From Pavona decussata (lineage: Eukaryota), in the NCBI GenBank assembly GCA_977016875.1, contig CDRNST010000166.1:2046001-2110000 (forward strand): a DNA stretch of 64,000 nt, given 5' to 3'. The translations under genes and the position numbers were made by a program. The notes beneath the pieces are model-generated. The model saw nothing but the letters and a program-made list of their open reading frames with translations. It did no database searches and was not told the origin of the DNA. Shown piece after piece: positions 12,801 to 28,200 of the stretch. The number at the start of each line of letters is the position of its first letter. Position 1 is the stretch's first letter.

Positions 12801-15800
12801 CGGTTGACTTGATCTCATCCCAGCGTGTCATCTTCACTCCCATGGCAGTGTCCCTTTAACATGACATAACACGATATAGATGGGCGATAAACTCAAGGCT
12901 GTATAAAGGATTAAGAACAACTTGTATCTACCTTGGTGAAGTCAGAAATTGAAGGCTTATTTGTCCTCGCCTTAGCAAAGGAGCAAACAGAAATTAATTT
13001 TAAATGCAGTGTGTCGTCCACAAATTTGTAAGAGTTTGTAGTTTGGTATATCTGCCAACATCATTTTTTGAGGACGACTGTAAAAAGTGCTGATTTTGCG
13101 AGTCTGGACACCTTCAATAATCATGTCTCCGTTTCGAGTGGTACTCTTTGGTCAGTTGGACGACAGCCACCCAAATGCATAGGTCGTCATTACTATCCCC
13201 ATCACCAAAACTACCAACCGAGTCCATGTATTTGACCAGGACTGTGACATGAAAAGGAACAAGACTAAGATCCCGACAAGGACAAAGGCCATTTCCATAA
13301 ACACCAACAGGACTTACGACTATGACTGATTGATCATTATCGCCATGGATATCGTTATTGCCCACATAAATGTCTTTTTCACACCAAAGAAAAGGATTTG
13401 ACACTTACACTGTACATTTAGGTAAGCACTAGCATTGACAGATTCACCCAAGCCATTGTCAGCTGAGCACCAAAATTTTCCAGATTGGTTCCTGTGAGTT
13501 GTGACACGCAGTGTGTCTCCTACACCGACAGTCTTTCCATCTCTGGTCCAAGTGATGCTGGGAATAGGGTTACCAATGGCAGTGCAATGGAATGTGATTT
13601 CATCGCTTTCTCGGACTGTTTTGTCAATCGGAGTAGACGTGAGACTTGCTGGAACTGACAGATTAATAAAAAACAACAACCGCGTTACATTCTGTGTCGC
13701 ACTTTAGCTATAAAGCAGTCTCAGAATTGAGCAGTTCAAGATTAGACTATAACGTGTACCTTTTAGAGTAATTTTTCAATTCCACCCAATAGAGTTTTAT
13801 ATTATGGACTAATTAATATTTTAGATCGTACTTTCGAGGGCATTTCAGTTGTTGGTAGATTTTCGTTGAATAAAAACGTTTTAGTGGTATTATATAAACT
13901 GCAAGAATCTTTTTCCTTTTCTTGACAAGCAAAAGGTTATGCACGATGTTGTGGGGACGAAATGAAGAGCATAGTGCCTTTAAATAAGGTAAACAGGCCA
14001 CTACGAGCTTAAGTAGGCCACTATGGCGGAGCTTAACCCGTTTGTATAGCGTGGAGGAGTATTGCTCCATCCCCCTGGGTGGCTAGTCCATCGCAGGGTT
14101 ACCCCTAGCATTATGTCGCCAGTACCCATTTACACACCTGGGTGAAGAGACGCTCTAATCACCACACCACTGTGTCTCCCTTTATGAAAATAGTCATTAA
14201 ATGTTTGATAGTGACCTTAGAATCACAATTTATTCCAACCACTGATCTAAAAGGATACTTGTGCGAGATTTATACTCGGGAAAAGTTGAATTTATATTAC
14301 CTGTTTGATGACTGAATTTAAATGTTATCATTTCAACCTTTACCCACTGATCACAATCTCATACAACAGGATAAAGACCAGCTTTTCAGATTGAATCTCT
14401 GACATAAATCAGCACACATTTCTCTTACTTCAAGTAAACAACGCCTTAGTACTTACATCTTACGTCAAGGAAGGCGCTAGAGTTGATGAATTTTTGAATA
14501 CCATTCTCGGCAGAACACCAATATTGGCCCGACCGACTTCTTGATGCTTCAAAGCTCAGCGTATTTCCAGTACCTAGTGTCTTTCCATCTTTAGACCAAG
14601 TTATGTTAGGAGTTGGGTTTCCAATGGCAACGCAATGAAACGTTGCCATGGTACCCTCCATGACAGTCTGGTTTGATGGTCTTTTAGTCCAACTTGGTGA
14701 GTCTACAAATTGGAACACAAATAACTTATTTGAATCAAATAAAATTGTTTAGTCGAGCAGTTCGATTCTTATCATTAATTTTGTTATGGCGGCAAATCAT
14801 CTGTATTTCTGTTTGCTATTATGTTACTCATTTACCGCAGCCCTTCTTTTTCATGCAGCATTCACTAATTCTCTGTATGGAAGCCTTAATGTACAACTGC
14901 AGAGTTCCCCAAGCCTTTGTCTTGGTTGTCCTAACGATTTCTTCAAGAAAGTAACGGAATGCAGAGAGCACCCACTAATAACCTACCCTCTGCGGTCTTC
15001 AGATTGAAAGTCCTATGGATGGGCTTTTTACTATGATGCTAGCACATTAAGATTTTTGATTACGGTTATGTAAAGCCCGAGAAACGTAACTAAAGTAATC
15101 GGTACTTATTTTTACACTTTATAGGTAAACAGTTGTTTAATACTTACATTTCACTTCAAGATGAGCACTAACGTTGATAGACAAGCCCACGCCATTCTCC
15201 ACCGAACACCAGTATTTTCCAGAATCATTCTGGACTGCTTTAAAGATCAGAGTTTCTTCTGAGCCCACAGTTTCCCCATCTTTAATCCACTTAATCCTAG
15301 GCACAGGGTTACCACTTGCAGTGCAATTGAATACAGCATCCGAGAATTCATTGACTGTTTGATCCGCTGGCTTAGTTATTAAATGTGGTGGAACTATAAC
15401 AGGAAATTGTAGTCAATCAATTATAGTTGTAACGGCCTATTTAATTACATAGGTATGTGCGGCCTCAAGCGGTCCGATTCTCTTTGGTCAGAAATAGGTT
15501 ATATTACAAAAGTATAAGGGGTTGTTAAGTCTTCTGAAATATGGTATCTAAAGTAACACATTTTGTTGGAAATAAGGCTAACGTTTCCCCACTTGAGCTA
15601 CACAAGCCCTTCCAATAAAATTTGCGGGGTTCCCTATATCGCCTTGTACGGTTGCCAACATGTAGTCACTATTGTAGCTTGCTCGGTAGTTTAAGTCTCT
15701 AATCGGAAAAACAGATTTTTATGCAATGGTTAATACATACACTGAACATCAAGATTGGCACTAGCATTGACAGTTGAATCCAGGCCATTCTCAGCTGAAC

Positions 15801-16185
15801 ACCAGTATTTTCCAGAGTAACTCCTTTTGGCCTCCAAGTTAAGTGTTTCTCCTGTGCCCACAGTCTTTCCATCCTTAATCCATGTTATATTTGGAGCAGG
15901 GTTTCCTGTAGCAAAACAATGAAATGTTGCCATTGTACCCTCTGTGAGCGTCTGATCAGCTGGTGTCGTCACTAAACTTGGGCCAACTAACAAGAAAAAC
16001 AAAAATCAGTTACTTAAGAAAGTAGATGTCCATCCAAACAGGGCCCAATAAACAGTAAGAACGCGACGACATGGCCACCTTATTTGTGTACCGTAAACTA
16101 AAGGTTTGTCAGCTTTCTTTATGGTAGTACGCCAGCATGTCTGCCACGCTACTGCCATTGGAACCTGTAGGAACTTACTTACATT

Positions 16186-16232
<47 letters not shown>

Positions 16233-19200
16233 CATCATCATCAATCCTTAGCACTCCCCGGAGAGCATAGGGCGTCCACCACTGCACGCCACCTTGCACG
16301 ATTCCTTGCTGTCAAATCCGCGATATATATTTGATCATATGTAACGTCGGTTTTCTGCTTAACAACATCATTGGAGGCAAGGCTAGTAAAAGAGTTACAC
16401 TTAAATTTTTTTAACTTACACTGAACATCAAGGGAAACACTTGTAATATTTGCATCGATTTCATTTTCCGCGAAACACCAGTATTTTCCAGAATCGTTTC
16501 GCTTGGCTTCCAATCTCAGGATTTCCTCTGTACCTACAGTCTCTCCATCTTTAATCCACGTTATGTTAGGTGTTGGGCTGCCTTTAGCGCTACAGTGGAA
16601 CGTGATTTGTTCACCTTCTCTGACTTTTTGATCAGTTGGTGTTCTTGAAAAACTGGGTGGAACTGCAAAAAAAAGGTAAATATTCAGTTACGTTTACTTA
16701 CTTTTTCAGAAGGAAATGACGTACTAAGGCATAATACCCTAACATTTGTTAGAGAACGTGATCACACAACAGATAAGTAAAGTTGGCACATGCATGGTAA
16801 CGTTCCTTAAGTTTGCAGAAATGATTAACATATCAAACTGTTCACGAGAATTGGAATTCTTCTTACAGCTGACATATGAATGTCAAATATACCTCGCTTA
16901 GTTTCAAGAAATCAAATCCAGCACACGTCTACTCTTCCAGCAGTTTGAGTCAAATTGGCTCGCATGCGTATACTGAAGACAATATGCACTCTTAGGATAT
17001 ACATTCCATGGTATACCGCTTTTTAAAAACACCGCATAACTAGCTATAACTAACCGCTAGTAAATATCTTACGGTTTTGCACTTACACTGCACATCGAGG
17101 ACGGCGCTAGCATTGCCAGCTGGTTGTAAACCATTGTCCGCTGAACACCAGTATTTTCCAGAATGATTCCTGAATGCTTGGAAGCTCAGTTCCTCTCCTT
17201 CCGCCACAGGCATGCCATCTTTACTCCATGTTATGTTTGGAGCTGGGTTGCCGATGACAGAACAGCGGAATGTTGCTATCGCGCCCTCAATAACTGTTTG
17301 TTGTGTTGGATGTATTGTCGAACTTGGCGGAACTGCAGCAAAAATCATAAAAGCAATTAAGAGAATTGAAAATCTTTTTACAATATCCATGATCGTATTT
17401 CAAGACAGATGGCTAACGTTTTTAAAAGTAGCCCTCGCAAATTGTTTGGCAAATATCATTGATAGCAATGTTTAGTTTTGTGGATCCTTACTTCCCGATA
17501 ATTTAAGTCAAATTGTTAGATAAGTATACGGTACGAAATCCATGATGATATCTTCAAATGCCCTGTGCAATTCTCCTCAAATGTATGACATCTTTTTACA
17601 ATATCCATGATCCTATTTCCAGACAGATAGCTAACATTTTTTGAAAGTAGCCCTTGCAAGTTGTTAGGCAAATATCACTGATAGCAAAGTTCAGTTCTGT
17701 GAATCCATACTTCTCGATAATTTAAGTCGAACTGTTAGATAAGTATACGGCACGAAATCCATGATGATATGTTCAAATGCCCTTTACAATTCTCCTCAAA
17801 TGTATGATGAAGTGTCAACATACAAAGGAGCCTATACCAACCCCCTTTTGGTCAATTACTGATTTCACCCCACCCTCCCGACCGGAAAAAAATATTAAAA
17901 TAAAGAAGAAGTTGCGACCAAGTCCACCAATCGTTTAAGCCACGGTGCTCTTTTAGGCGATCATTCAAATGATTAAAAATACAAAACTACTGCAACAGCG
18001 TCAAACTTGGCAGCTGCTTTTGTCTCGATTAGAAAGATGTTTGAGAAATTCAGGTATCGAAATCTTGCATTGCTTTGGGGAATGATGGTAATCCTAATCC
18101 TGTACCTATCTGTACTGTTGTTCACCTGATCACAGTTTAGATGCAAGAATATTAAAACTTACACTGCACATCAAGTTGGATACTAGCGTTGATATTCACA
18201 CCCAGTCCATTCCCTGCAGAACACCAATATTTTCCAGAATCATTTCTGTACGCCGTTAACCTGAATGTGTCCCCTGTGGCTATGGTTTTTCCTTGTCTGT
18301 ACCACGTTATCGTCGGAGTTGGGTTACCAGTGGCATCGCAATGGAATATGGTATCATCACCTTCTTTGACTGTTTGATCAACTGAAGTTGATGTAAAACT
18401 TGGTGGAACTGTCAAGCAAACAAACAAAAAAAAAATAGTTTTGGTCGTAGTTTATCAGGACCAACAATTTTAACTACGTCAGAGCCACGAAAGATTTAGA
18501 TAAGGAAGACCCAAGGAAGTTGCAATTTTTTCCTATTGTTTTCGCATTGGACTGATAGGCCAGGGATGTAATAGTTTTGTATTATTATAGGCGAAGCGTT
18601 AAAAACGTTTAATGCCTAAGTCACGTTGTCTGAGCACGCACACCGGATTAATCCTAAATAGGGATTTTAAATTTGGAATTCTCGTGACCAACAGCAGCAG
18701 CAACACAATATGAACGAAATGCCCAAATTAGCTTTAATAGGCTTATAGTAGACCAGTCACCCTATTGTCATTGAACCAATAAGGAGTCTACACTTCAGTA
18801 AGCGCCCCCCTTTACAGAGGACGTTTTACTGAAGATCAATGGAAAATTAAGGAAGGTATTGTGCAAACAACCCGGTGCAAAACTTAGATAATTAACATGA
18901 AGACTGCATATACCCTGCCGGATAATAGTTAGAGAATACCCATTGTGACCACAATGATTAGAAAAACCCGTAGACAAACTGTTTAACTCTTAATTATCTT
19001 AGCAGAAAACGAAATAATTTTAATTGGAAAACAACATAATTAGGCCGCATCAGAAAATTTCTCCCTTCTTTTGTCACGGCCCGTGGCATCGTTGCCTATC
19101 AGTGCATCGTTGCCTACCTGTCTTCGAAAACAAATTGTTACGTAAGCAAATATACACTCACATTGGACATTTAGATAAGCAATTGCTTTTACAGTTGCGT

Positions 19201-22200
19201 TAAAGCCATTATCAGCTAGACACCAATATCTTCCAGAGTCGTTCCTTTTCGTGACAAAGGAAAGTGTGTCTTCTTCACCCACAGTCTTTCCATCCTTTAT
19301 CCATCTGATCTTTGGAGTTGGGTTTCCAGTCGCATTACAATGAAATGTTGCCATGGCACCCTCGATCACGGTCTGGTTAGTAGGCTGCATGTCCAAACTT
19401 GCTGAATCTACAACAGTTAAAGAGTAGAATTACACATTATGGTTGGGATATGCATGTGGCTCTCCTTAGCAATATCTCTAAGACATAATGGGAGTCTTAC
19501 ATTTTTTACAAAAATTGAAAACGATTTTCTTTTAACTTTTGCTTGAATGTTTTATTTCAATGCGAGTTTTACGTGCCCTTCGACAACAAAATCCAGGATG
19601 GTAGATTACTACAGGCCAGCTTTGTAGAGCTGTACACGATGATATCATTCTAACTCACATCACATTTTATGGACACGTATCCAGTGTAAGGCATAATAGT
19701 TAATACTGAAAAGTCAATGGGGATAGCTTTCACTGTACAAAAGTTGTCGAACTTACATTGAACATCAAAGGAAACGCTAGTGTTGACAGTTTTGCCTATT
19801 CCATTATCCGCTGAACACCAGTATACTCCAGAGTGATCTTTCCTAGCTTCAAAGCTCAGTTTTTCTCCTGTAGCCACAGTATTGCCATCATTAGTCCAGG
19901 TTATGTTTGGCACAGGGTTACCAGTGGCATTACAGGTAAACGTAACCTGATCCATCTCAGTCACAGTCTGATCGAAAGGTGTGATAGTAAAACTTGGTGG
20001 AACTAGAAATTAAAATGTGAAAAGAAAGTTGGAAATCAGTTCGTTACGGGTGGCATGGCCAACGGTTGTCAATGTAACTTGTAACATGACTAATTGATTA
20101 AAAATCAATCAAAAGAGACTTGGATAACTCATGCATATTAATGCAGCGAGAAACTGTTTATGTTATAACACTGACAATACTGTTCAAGGGTAATGCAAAG
20201 AATAGTCGGCGAGTTGAGCCAACTTCGACAATTTTTTTTTTTTTCGCCGAATTTTCACAGAGGTGGGAAATGTATTGCAACAGTACGTTGCTCTCTCCCT
20301 TTTATGGGGACACAAACGTTAGTCTCATGATCACTCTGTACCAACAAGGGAAAACCTCCAACCACACATGACCGTCATCCGTAAAGTAACCATTGCCAAA
20401 TTAAAACAAGGTTGTCGTTCGTACTCAGTCATTCTCATGAGCCAAATTTACAATTAGCATGGCTTCGAAACCTCAGAGTTACTCTATTCCCGTCATAATC
20501 CATTTCCATTTCCCGAGCAAGCAGATGGGCTACAAAAACTTCACGTTTCGTAATGATTTCAATATGTGTTTACCCTTGTGGATAGAGACAAATCGATAAG
20601 AACATTGAAGAACTTCACCCTTTTGACAAGAAAAAGGATCAAACTGTACTCTTTACTTCATGTCAACGTAGCTGAGACCATAGTATTTGTGCATGGACAT
20701 ACATAAGCGAGTACTTTCCCATTCAGCGTCATACTTACACTGGACATCGAGGTAAGCACTAACGTTGGCCGTACCAATGAGACCATTATCTGCGATGCAC
20801 CAGTATTCTCCAGACCGATTCCTGACTGCGTCAAACGTTAATGTTTCTCCTTCAGCCACAACTGTGTTATCTTTGATCCATTTTATTTCTGGTTCAGGGT
20901 TACCAGACGCAGTGCAGTGAAAAGTTACTTTGCTGCCTTCAGTGATGGTCTGTTTACTTGGCGTTTCAGTCAGAGTTGGAGTAACTACATGAAATAAGAT
21001 ATAATAGTACATAAATGGAATGTCGTACAACGAGAAGAAGGTGTTACTGATACTCTCAAGACTACGTGGTTCGTCTCTATTTTCTGTAACATAAAGCAAC
21101 TTATCCCACTGCTTCATCATCTTGATCGAATGCTAGTCTGCGGCAATTTGTTCAGGTAATTTTCCGTACATTCGTTCCATGGTATCTATGAATGTACTTA
21201 AATTATTTGGAGATCAACAATACGGAGTAACCTTTGTTGTCCCACGAAATAACACAAGGTGATGACCAGCTTGAAGTCGTATTTCTTACGATCTTCCAAA
21301 GCCTGATAAAATGTCGACACTCTTGCAACTATATCACTGCGGTTCCTCTCATGTAAAGTTTCCGTTCAATCTTAAATGTTCATGAAATAAAAGAAATTTT
21401 CAATGTACTTACACTGCACATCAAGGAAAGCACTTGCACTGATAGCCAATCCCACTCCATTCTCAGCTGAACACCAGTATTCTCCAGATTGATTCCTATG
21501 TGTTTCAAAGTTCAGTGTGTCTCCAGTACCCACAGTCTTGCCATCTTTAGTCCAAGTTATATTTGGCTCAGGGTTACCAGCAGCAGTGCAGGTAAATGTA
21601 GTTTGCTCCTTCTCAGTCACGGTTTGATTTGAAGGTGTGCTGGTGAAGCTTGGTGGAACTAAAATGATAACATTAAATCACAATAAGAAATAATTGAATG
21701 CACGCAGATCGCGTGGGATATAAATTGTGCTCTGCTTTGAGCACTTGATAGCTCAGCTATCCAGTGCTTAAAGCAGAGCACTATAAAGTAGTTATAGCCA
21801 AGTACCAAGCCGCTAGAAAGTGCGCTATTGTTTTACTGATGAGGCCTAAGAAAGAGGAAACAACTGTCCATGGCTACCACTAACTGCGTGATTTGGCTGT
21901 GTGTATCCTTAAGGTGCTGGCCAACCGCAGAGCTATGCATTGTGACCTTTGCAGGCCTTGCGGATTAAATGGTCTTTTTTGTTTTTAAACTTACACAGTA
22001 CATTGCCAAAGTTCATTGGAGGATGTCTCTCTTATTCCATTTAGGAATCGTGCTCTTGTATCGGTCGTTTAATAATTCGAAGAATTTTTGACGAGACACG
22101 AAAGAAAACCGTGGCCGATGTTCAAACCCATACACGGTCGTCATACACGTCCTTCGGTAAACCTTGTCATGGAATGCTCAAGACAGCATAGACAATTGGC

Positions 22201-25200
22201 AGGGCACTAAATACACGGGTTTTGTTTGGCAAACCACTAAAAGATCCTATAACATCCAGTGTTAACAAATTCTTTTGCAGCAAAATACCTCAATGTTTTA
22301 AATGAAAGAATTGATATCTTGTTTTAATCAGATCATAGTCAACGGTGATTGAACCAGTAAGAACGTGTATAGACGACTGTAATTTTCTATGTGTATAAAA
22401 TGTTTCATATGTAAATGTGTACTCACATTGCACATTAAGATAAGCAATTGCTTTGACAGTTGCGTTAAAGCCATTATCCGCTAAACACCTGTATCTTCCA
22501 GAGTCGTTCCTTTTTGTGACAAAGGAAAATGTGTCTTCTTCACCCACAGTCTTTCCATCCTTTATCCATCTGATCTGTGGAGTTGGGTTACCGGTGGCAT
22601 TACAATGAAATGTTGCCATGGCACCCTCGATCACGGTCTGGTTAGTAGGCTGCATCTCCAAACTTGCTGAATCTACAACAGTTAAAGAGTAGAATTACAC
22701 ATTATGGTTGGAATATGCACATTATTCTCCTGAGCTATTTTTATTTAGAATATCTCTCAGACACATAATGGCAGTCACACTATTACATACATTTATTGGG
22801 GTGTTCCGTTTCAATACGAATTCTACGTTTCCTTCGACAATAAAAACCGGGATAGTAGATTACTACAGGCCAGAGTTGTAGAGCTGTACACTATGACGTA
22901 CTTCCACCACATCACATTTTATCGATACGTATCCAGCGTAAGGTCTAATAGTTTCAATGTATCTTAGTCAACAAACAGCCAACGGCGACAGAAGTTGTCA
23001 AACTTACACTGAACATCAAGGGAAGTGCTGGTGTTGATACGCTTGCCTATTCCGTTATCCGCTGAACACCAGTATACTCCAGAGCGATTTCTTCTAGCTT
23101 CAAAGCTGAGTGTTTCCCCTCTACCCACAGTTTTTCCATCTTTAATCCACGTTATGTTTGGCACAGGGTTACCAGTGGCATTGCAGGTAAACGTAATTTG
23201 ATCCTTCTCAGTCACAGTCTGATCGGAAGGTGTGATAGTAAAACTTGGTGGAACTAAAAATTAAAATGTGGAAAGAAAGTTTGAAATCAGTTCATACTGG
23301 ATGACATGGCCAACGGTTGGTCAATGTAGCTTTTACCATGACCAATTGATTAGAAATCAATCAATTAATGAGACTGAGAACTCATACACATACTTAGACT
23401 GTGTAGTTCCATAGACACTTTCCAAAACGTTTAAAAACTTATCTTTTCAAAATGTCTTTTAAATAGTGATTTTTGTATTAACCCCCCCCCCCCCCTTGTT
23501 TTTAGATAATTCTAGTTTTTAACTTGATATTCCAATCCTTTTTTTATCATTATTCATTGTAGAGCGCCATGAGCAAGTATTGATTTGGCCCTATATAAGT
23601 ATGTATTGTTATTGTTATTGTTATTGACATCTTAGTATCGAGTAAGCGATGATCAATGAATAGTGTCTGTTAAAATTTCCTCTTCCAGTTCGGTTGCCAT
23701 TGATAGCTGGTGTGGCATATATTGGATTTACGCACGCTGCACACTGTTTATCTTGTAACATTGCCAGTACTGTTCAAGTGCAATGAAAAGAAAATTCGAC
23801 GAGTTGAGCAAACTTCGACAAAATTGCTATTCACCAAAATTTCAAGGAGGTAGGAAAAGGCATTGCAATAGTTCGTTGCTCTTAACAAAATTTCGCGCGA
23901 TCTTTCGTATGCAGAAAACGATTTTTTTTTTACGGGGACACAGGGGTTCCTTTTACGGTGGGTAAAACCTCTGATCATATATGATCGTCAGCTTATTTGC
24001 CAAACTGACATAGGTTTTCGTTCGCACTCAACCATTCTCGTGAGCCAACTTTACTATTAGGATGGCTCCGAAACCTCAGATTTCACCCAAGTTACTCTAT
24101 TCTCAGAATCTCATCATAATTTTTTGCCCCTTTTCTTCTCCCGAGCCAGCCGAAGGGCTTCAAAACCTTCACTTTTTTTAATGATTTCAGTTACCCTAAT
24201 TTATGGTTAGATATAAACCAGCGGAAAAAATTAAACAACTTCATCCCTTCACAAGATAAAGGATCTAACTGTACTCTTTATTTTAAAAACGGAGTGAAAA
24301 GCAGAACATTTGTGCTTGCACATACACAAGCGAGTACTCTCCCATACAGCGCCATACTTACAATGCACACCGAGGTAAGCGCTAGCGTTGGCCGTGTCAT
24401 TGAGACCATTATCTGCGATACACCAGTATTCTCCAGATCGATTTCTAAGTGCGTCAAACGTTAATGTTTCTCCTTCACCCACAACTGTGTCATCTTTGAT
24501 CCACTTTATTTGTGGTACAGGGTTACCAGACGCGGTGCAGTGAAATGTTACACTCATGCCTTCAGTGATGGTCTGTTTACTTGGTGTTTCAGCCAGAGTT
24601 GGGGCAACTACAGAATTTAGGATGTAATAGTACAGCAATAACATATAGTATGAGTAGTAGGCCGAAACTAGCAATACAAAATGTCGCCAAGTCGTCGCTG
24701 ATATTCCTAACACTAGGTGGTTCATCTCTATTTTCTCGGTAACACTGAAAGCAAAGCGACGAACGCAACACTTTTACAACGAGAGAAAGGTCGGCCTGCG
24801 GTGCAAAACGTCGCTGATAACTTCAATATTAGGTGGTTCGTCGCTAATTTCTGTAACATATTGAACGGGATGCTAGTCAATCGCAAAGTTCATATTAAGT
24901 TAATTTTCCCTAAACTCGTTCCCCGGTACCTATGAACGTACTTGAATTGTTTGGAGATCAACAACGGCGAGTAACCTTGTTTCTCCCAAGAAATAACACG
25001 CTGTGATGATCAGCTTGAAGACCCACTTCTTATCACCTACCAAAGTCTCATAGAAAGTAAACGCCCCCACCACTATACCACTCCGGTTCATTGCATGCAA
25101 AGTTTCCGTTCAATCTAAACTATTCAAAAAACAAAAGTAAAAGAAATTTTCATTGCACTTACACTGCACATCAAGGTAAGCACTTGCGTTGATAGCCAAT

Positions 25201-28200
25201 CCCACTCCATTCTCAGCTGAACACCAGTATTCTCCATATTGATTCCTATGCGTTTCCAAGGTTAGTGTCTGTCCAGTTCCCACAGTCTTCCCGTCTTTAA
25301 TCCAGGTAATATTTGGCGCAGGGTTACCAGCAGCGGTGCAGGTAAATGTAGTTTGTTCCTCCTCTGTCACGGCCTGATTGAAAGGTGTGTTGGTAAAACT
25401 TGGTGGAACTAAAACGATAACATAAAATAACAATAAGACATTGAAGACATTGTACTCGTAGGACATACATTTCATGGTTTAACACTCTGATTTAAGCATT
25501 TCACAGCTATAGCCAAAAACGTAACAGGTAGAAAATCTGCTGTTGTGACACGGGGCGTAGTGTAGTTGTTTATCAGTTAATAGTCCAAGGTCGTTGAACC
25601 AATAGGATTCGTCTGTATACATCTGTAACTGTCTATAAATGCAAATTATTACATGTGTTTTTTTACTCACATTTCACATTAAGATAAGCTATAGCTTTAA
25701 CAGTTGCGTTAAAGCCGTTATCCGCTAAACACCAATATCTTCCAGAGTCGTTCCTTTTCGTGACAAAGGAAATTGCGTCTTCTTCACCCACAGTCTTTCC
25801 ATCCTTTATCCATCTGATCTTCGGAGTTGGGTTACCGGTAGCATTGCAGTGAAATGTTGCCATGGCACCCTCGATGACAGTCTGGTTAGTGGGCTGCATG
25901 TCCAAACTTGCTGAATCTACAACAGATGAAGAGTAGAATCTGAAAATAATTATAATTGGAATATGCAGCTTTTATTGAGAATGTCCCGCACAAATATCAT
26001 GGGAATCAGATATTTTTGACATACATTTACAATTGACTTCTTCTTCTTCTTCTTCTTTTTTTTTTTTTTTTTTTTTTTTTTCATTTTTTGCTGAATTGTT
26101 TCGCTTCAATGCTCCTTCTATGCTTCGATATCCAAATCCGGGATAGGTGATTACTACAAACCGATTTTGTATAGCTAAACATTATGATAACATTGTTCCT
26201 AACATCAAACTTTAATGGACACGTATCCCAGGTATAAGAATTAACACTTTCAATTTCTTTTAAGTCAACACTGAATAGTTAACGATGACAGCTGTCAGTG
26301 TGCAGAGGTTTTTAAACTTACACTGAACATCAAGGGAAACGCTTGTGTTGATACTCTTGCCTATTCCGTTATCCGCGGAACACCAGTATTTTCCGGAGTT
26401 ACTTCGTCTTGCTTCAAAGCTCAGTGTATTTCCTGTAGCCTCAGTCCTGCCATCTTTAATCCAGGTTATGTTTGGCACAGGGTTACCAGCAGCAGAGCAG
26501 TTGAAAGTAATTTGATCCTTCTCAGTCACAGTCTGATCGGATGGTGTGATAGTAAAACTTGGTGGAACTTGAAATGAAAACATGAAAAGAACGTTTTAAA
26601 TGGGTACATAGTGCCTCTCCGGTTGGCCAACATAACGCCTCAGATACTAATTCAGCAGAAAGCAAACCATGAGAATTCGTTTTCAAACCTCATATCATTT
26701 ATAACGGTCAGCTGTAAAGCGACTGTTACTAAATTAAGTTTGTCATTCCTATTCAATTATTCTTTGTAAATGGCATGACTTCGAAAACTCTGATCTAACA
26801 CAAGTTAGTCTATTCCCATGCATCTTTATTGAGTTTGTTTTTTCTTTACCCGAGCCTGCGAAATGGGTACGATCAGTTGAGGTTTATTACATATTCCAAT
26901 GTATATTTACCCTTCTGGAATTAAAGCGACAAAACTATTGAACAACTTTTTATCCCATTCACACTTGTAGTCTTTATTTTACATCAAAAAGAGTGAAAAC
27001 CATTTGCACTGGCACATACGTTATCGATACTTCCCCATCCCGCTACTCCGTGTATCGGAAGGAAAATCTACAGCTTCATACTTACAGTGCACATCGAGGT
27101 AGGCGCTACCATTGACCGTGACATTGACACCATTATCTGCGATACACCAGTATTCTCCAGATCGATTCCTGAATGCATCAAACGTTAATGTTTTTCCTTG
27201 TCCCACAACTGTGTCATCTTTGATCCATTTTATTTCTGGTACAGGGTTACCAAATGCAGTGCAGTGAAAAGTTACTTTGCTGTCTTCAGTGACGGTCTGT
27301 TTACTTGGTATTTCAGTCAAAGTTGGGGCAACTGCAGAATATAAGTTATAAAAGTATAGCAATAACATATGGTATGAGTAGAAGGCCGAAAATAGCTGCG
27401 CAAAATGTCACCAAGTCGTCACTGATATTCCTAACACTAGGTGGTTCATCTCTATTTTCTGTAACATCTTAAGAAAAGCGACTAAGGCATTCCGTTTTCA
27501 CCCTGAACAGGTTAGTAGTCCACGGTAAGATTCTCAGCATTTTGTTAGGCTGATTTTCGGAACAGTCGTTCCGCGATCAAATCTTTCTTGTTGGACAAAA
27601 AATAACACGATGTGGTGAGCAATTTACCTGAAATACATTCCTCACTTCCTTCCAAAGATTCACAAAGTTCTACGCCCTTATCACTTCAAAACTTCGTCTA
27701 CTTACAAGTAAAATTCCGAATCATCAAACAAATTATAAAGTTTAAGTAGACGAAATTTTCACTGAACTTACACTGAACATCTAGGTAAGCACTTGCGTTG
27801 ATAGCCAATCCCACTCCATTTTCAGCTGAACACCAGTATTCTCCAGATTGATTCCTATGTGTTTCCAAGCTCAGTGTGTCTCCAGTACCCACAGCCTTCC
27901 CATCTTTAGTCCAGGTAATATTTGGCGCAGGGTTACCAGCAGCAGTGCAGGTAAATGTAGTTTGCTCCTTCTCAGTAACGGTCTGATTTGAAGGTGTGCT
28001 GGTGAAACTTGGTGGAACTAAAATGATAACATTAAATCACAATAAGAAATCGAAGACATACTCGTAGGACATACATTTCATGGTTTAGCAGTCTGATTTA
28101 AGAACTACATAGCAATAGGCAGATGTGTAACCGGTAGAAAATATGCTGTTGTGACACAGGACGTAGTATAGTTTTTTATCATTTAATAGTCAAGGGTCAT

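Noticed and set aside
16006-16334. Poly-Asp and poly-His ORFs
   Set aside because: Translations of the (CAT)n tail of a LINE fragment.
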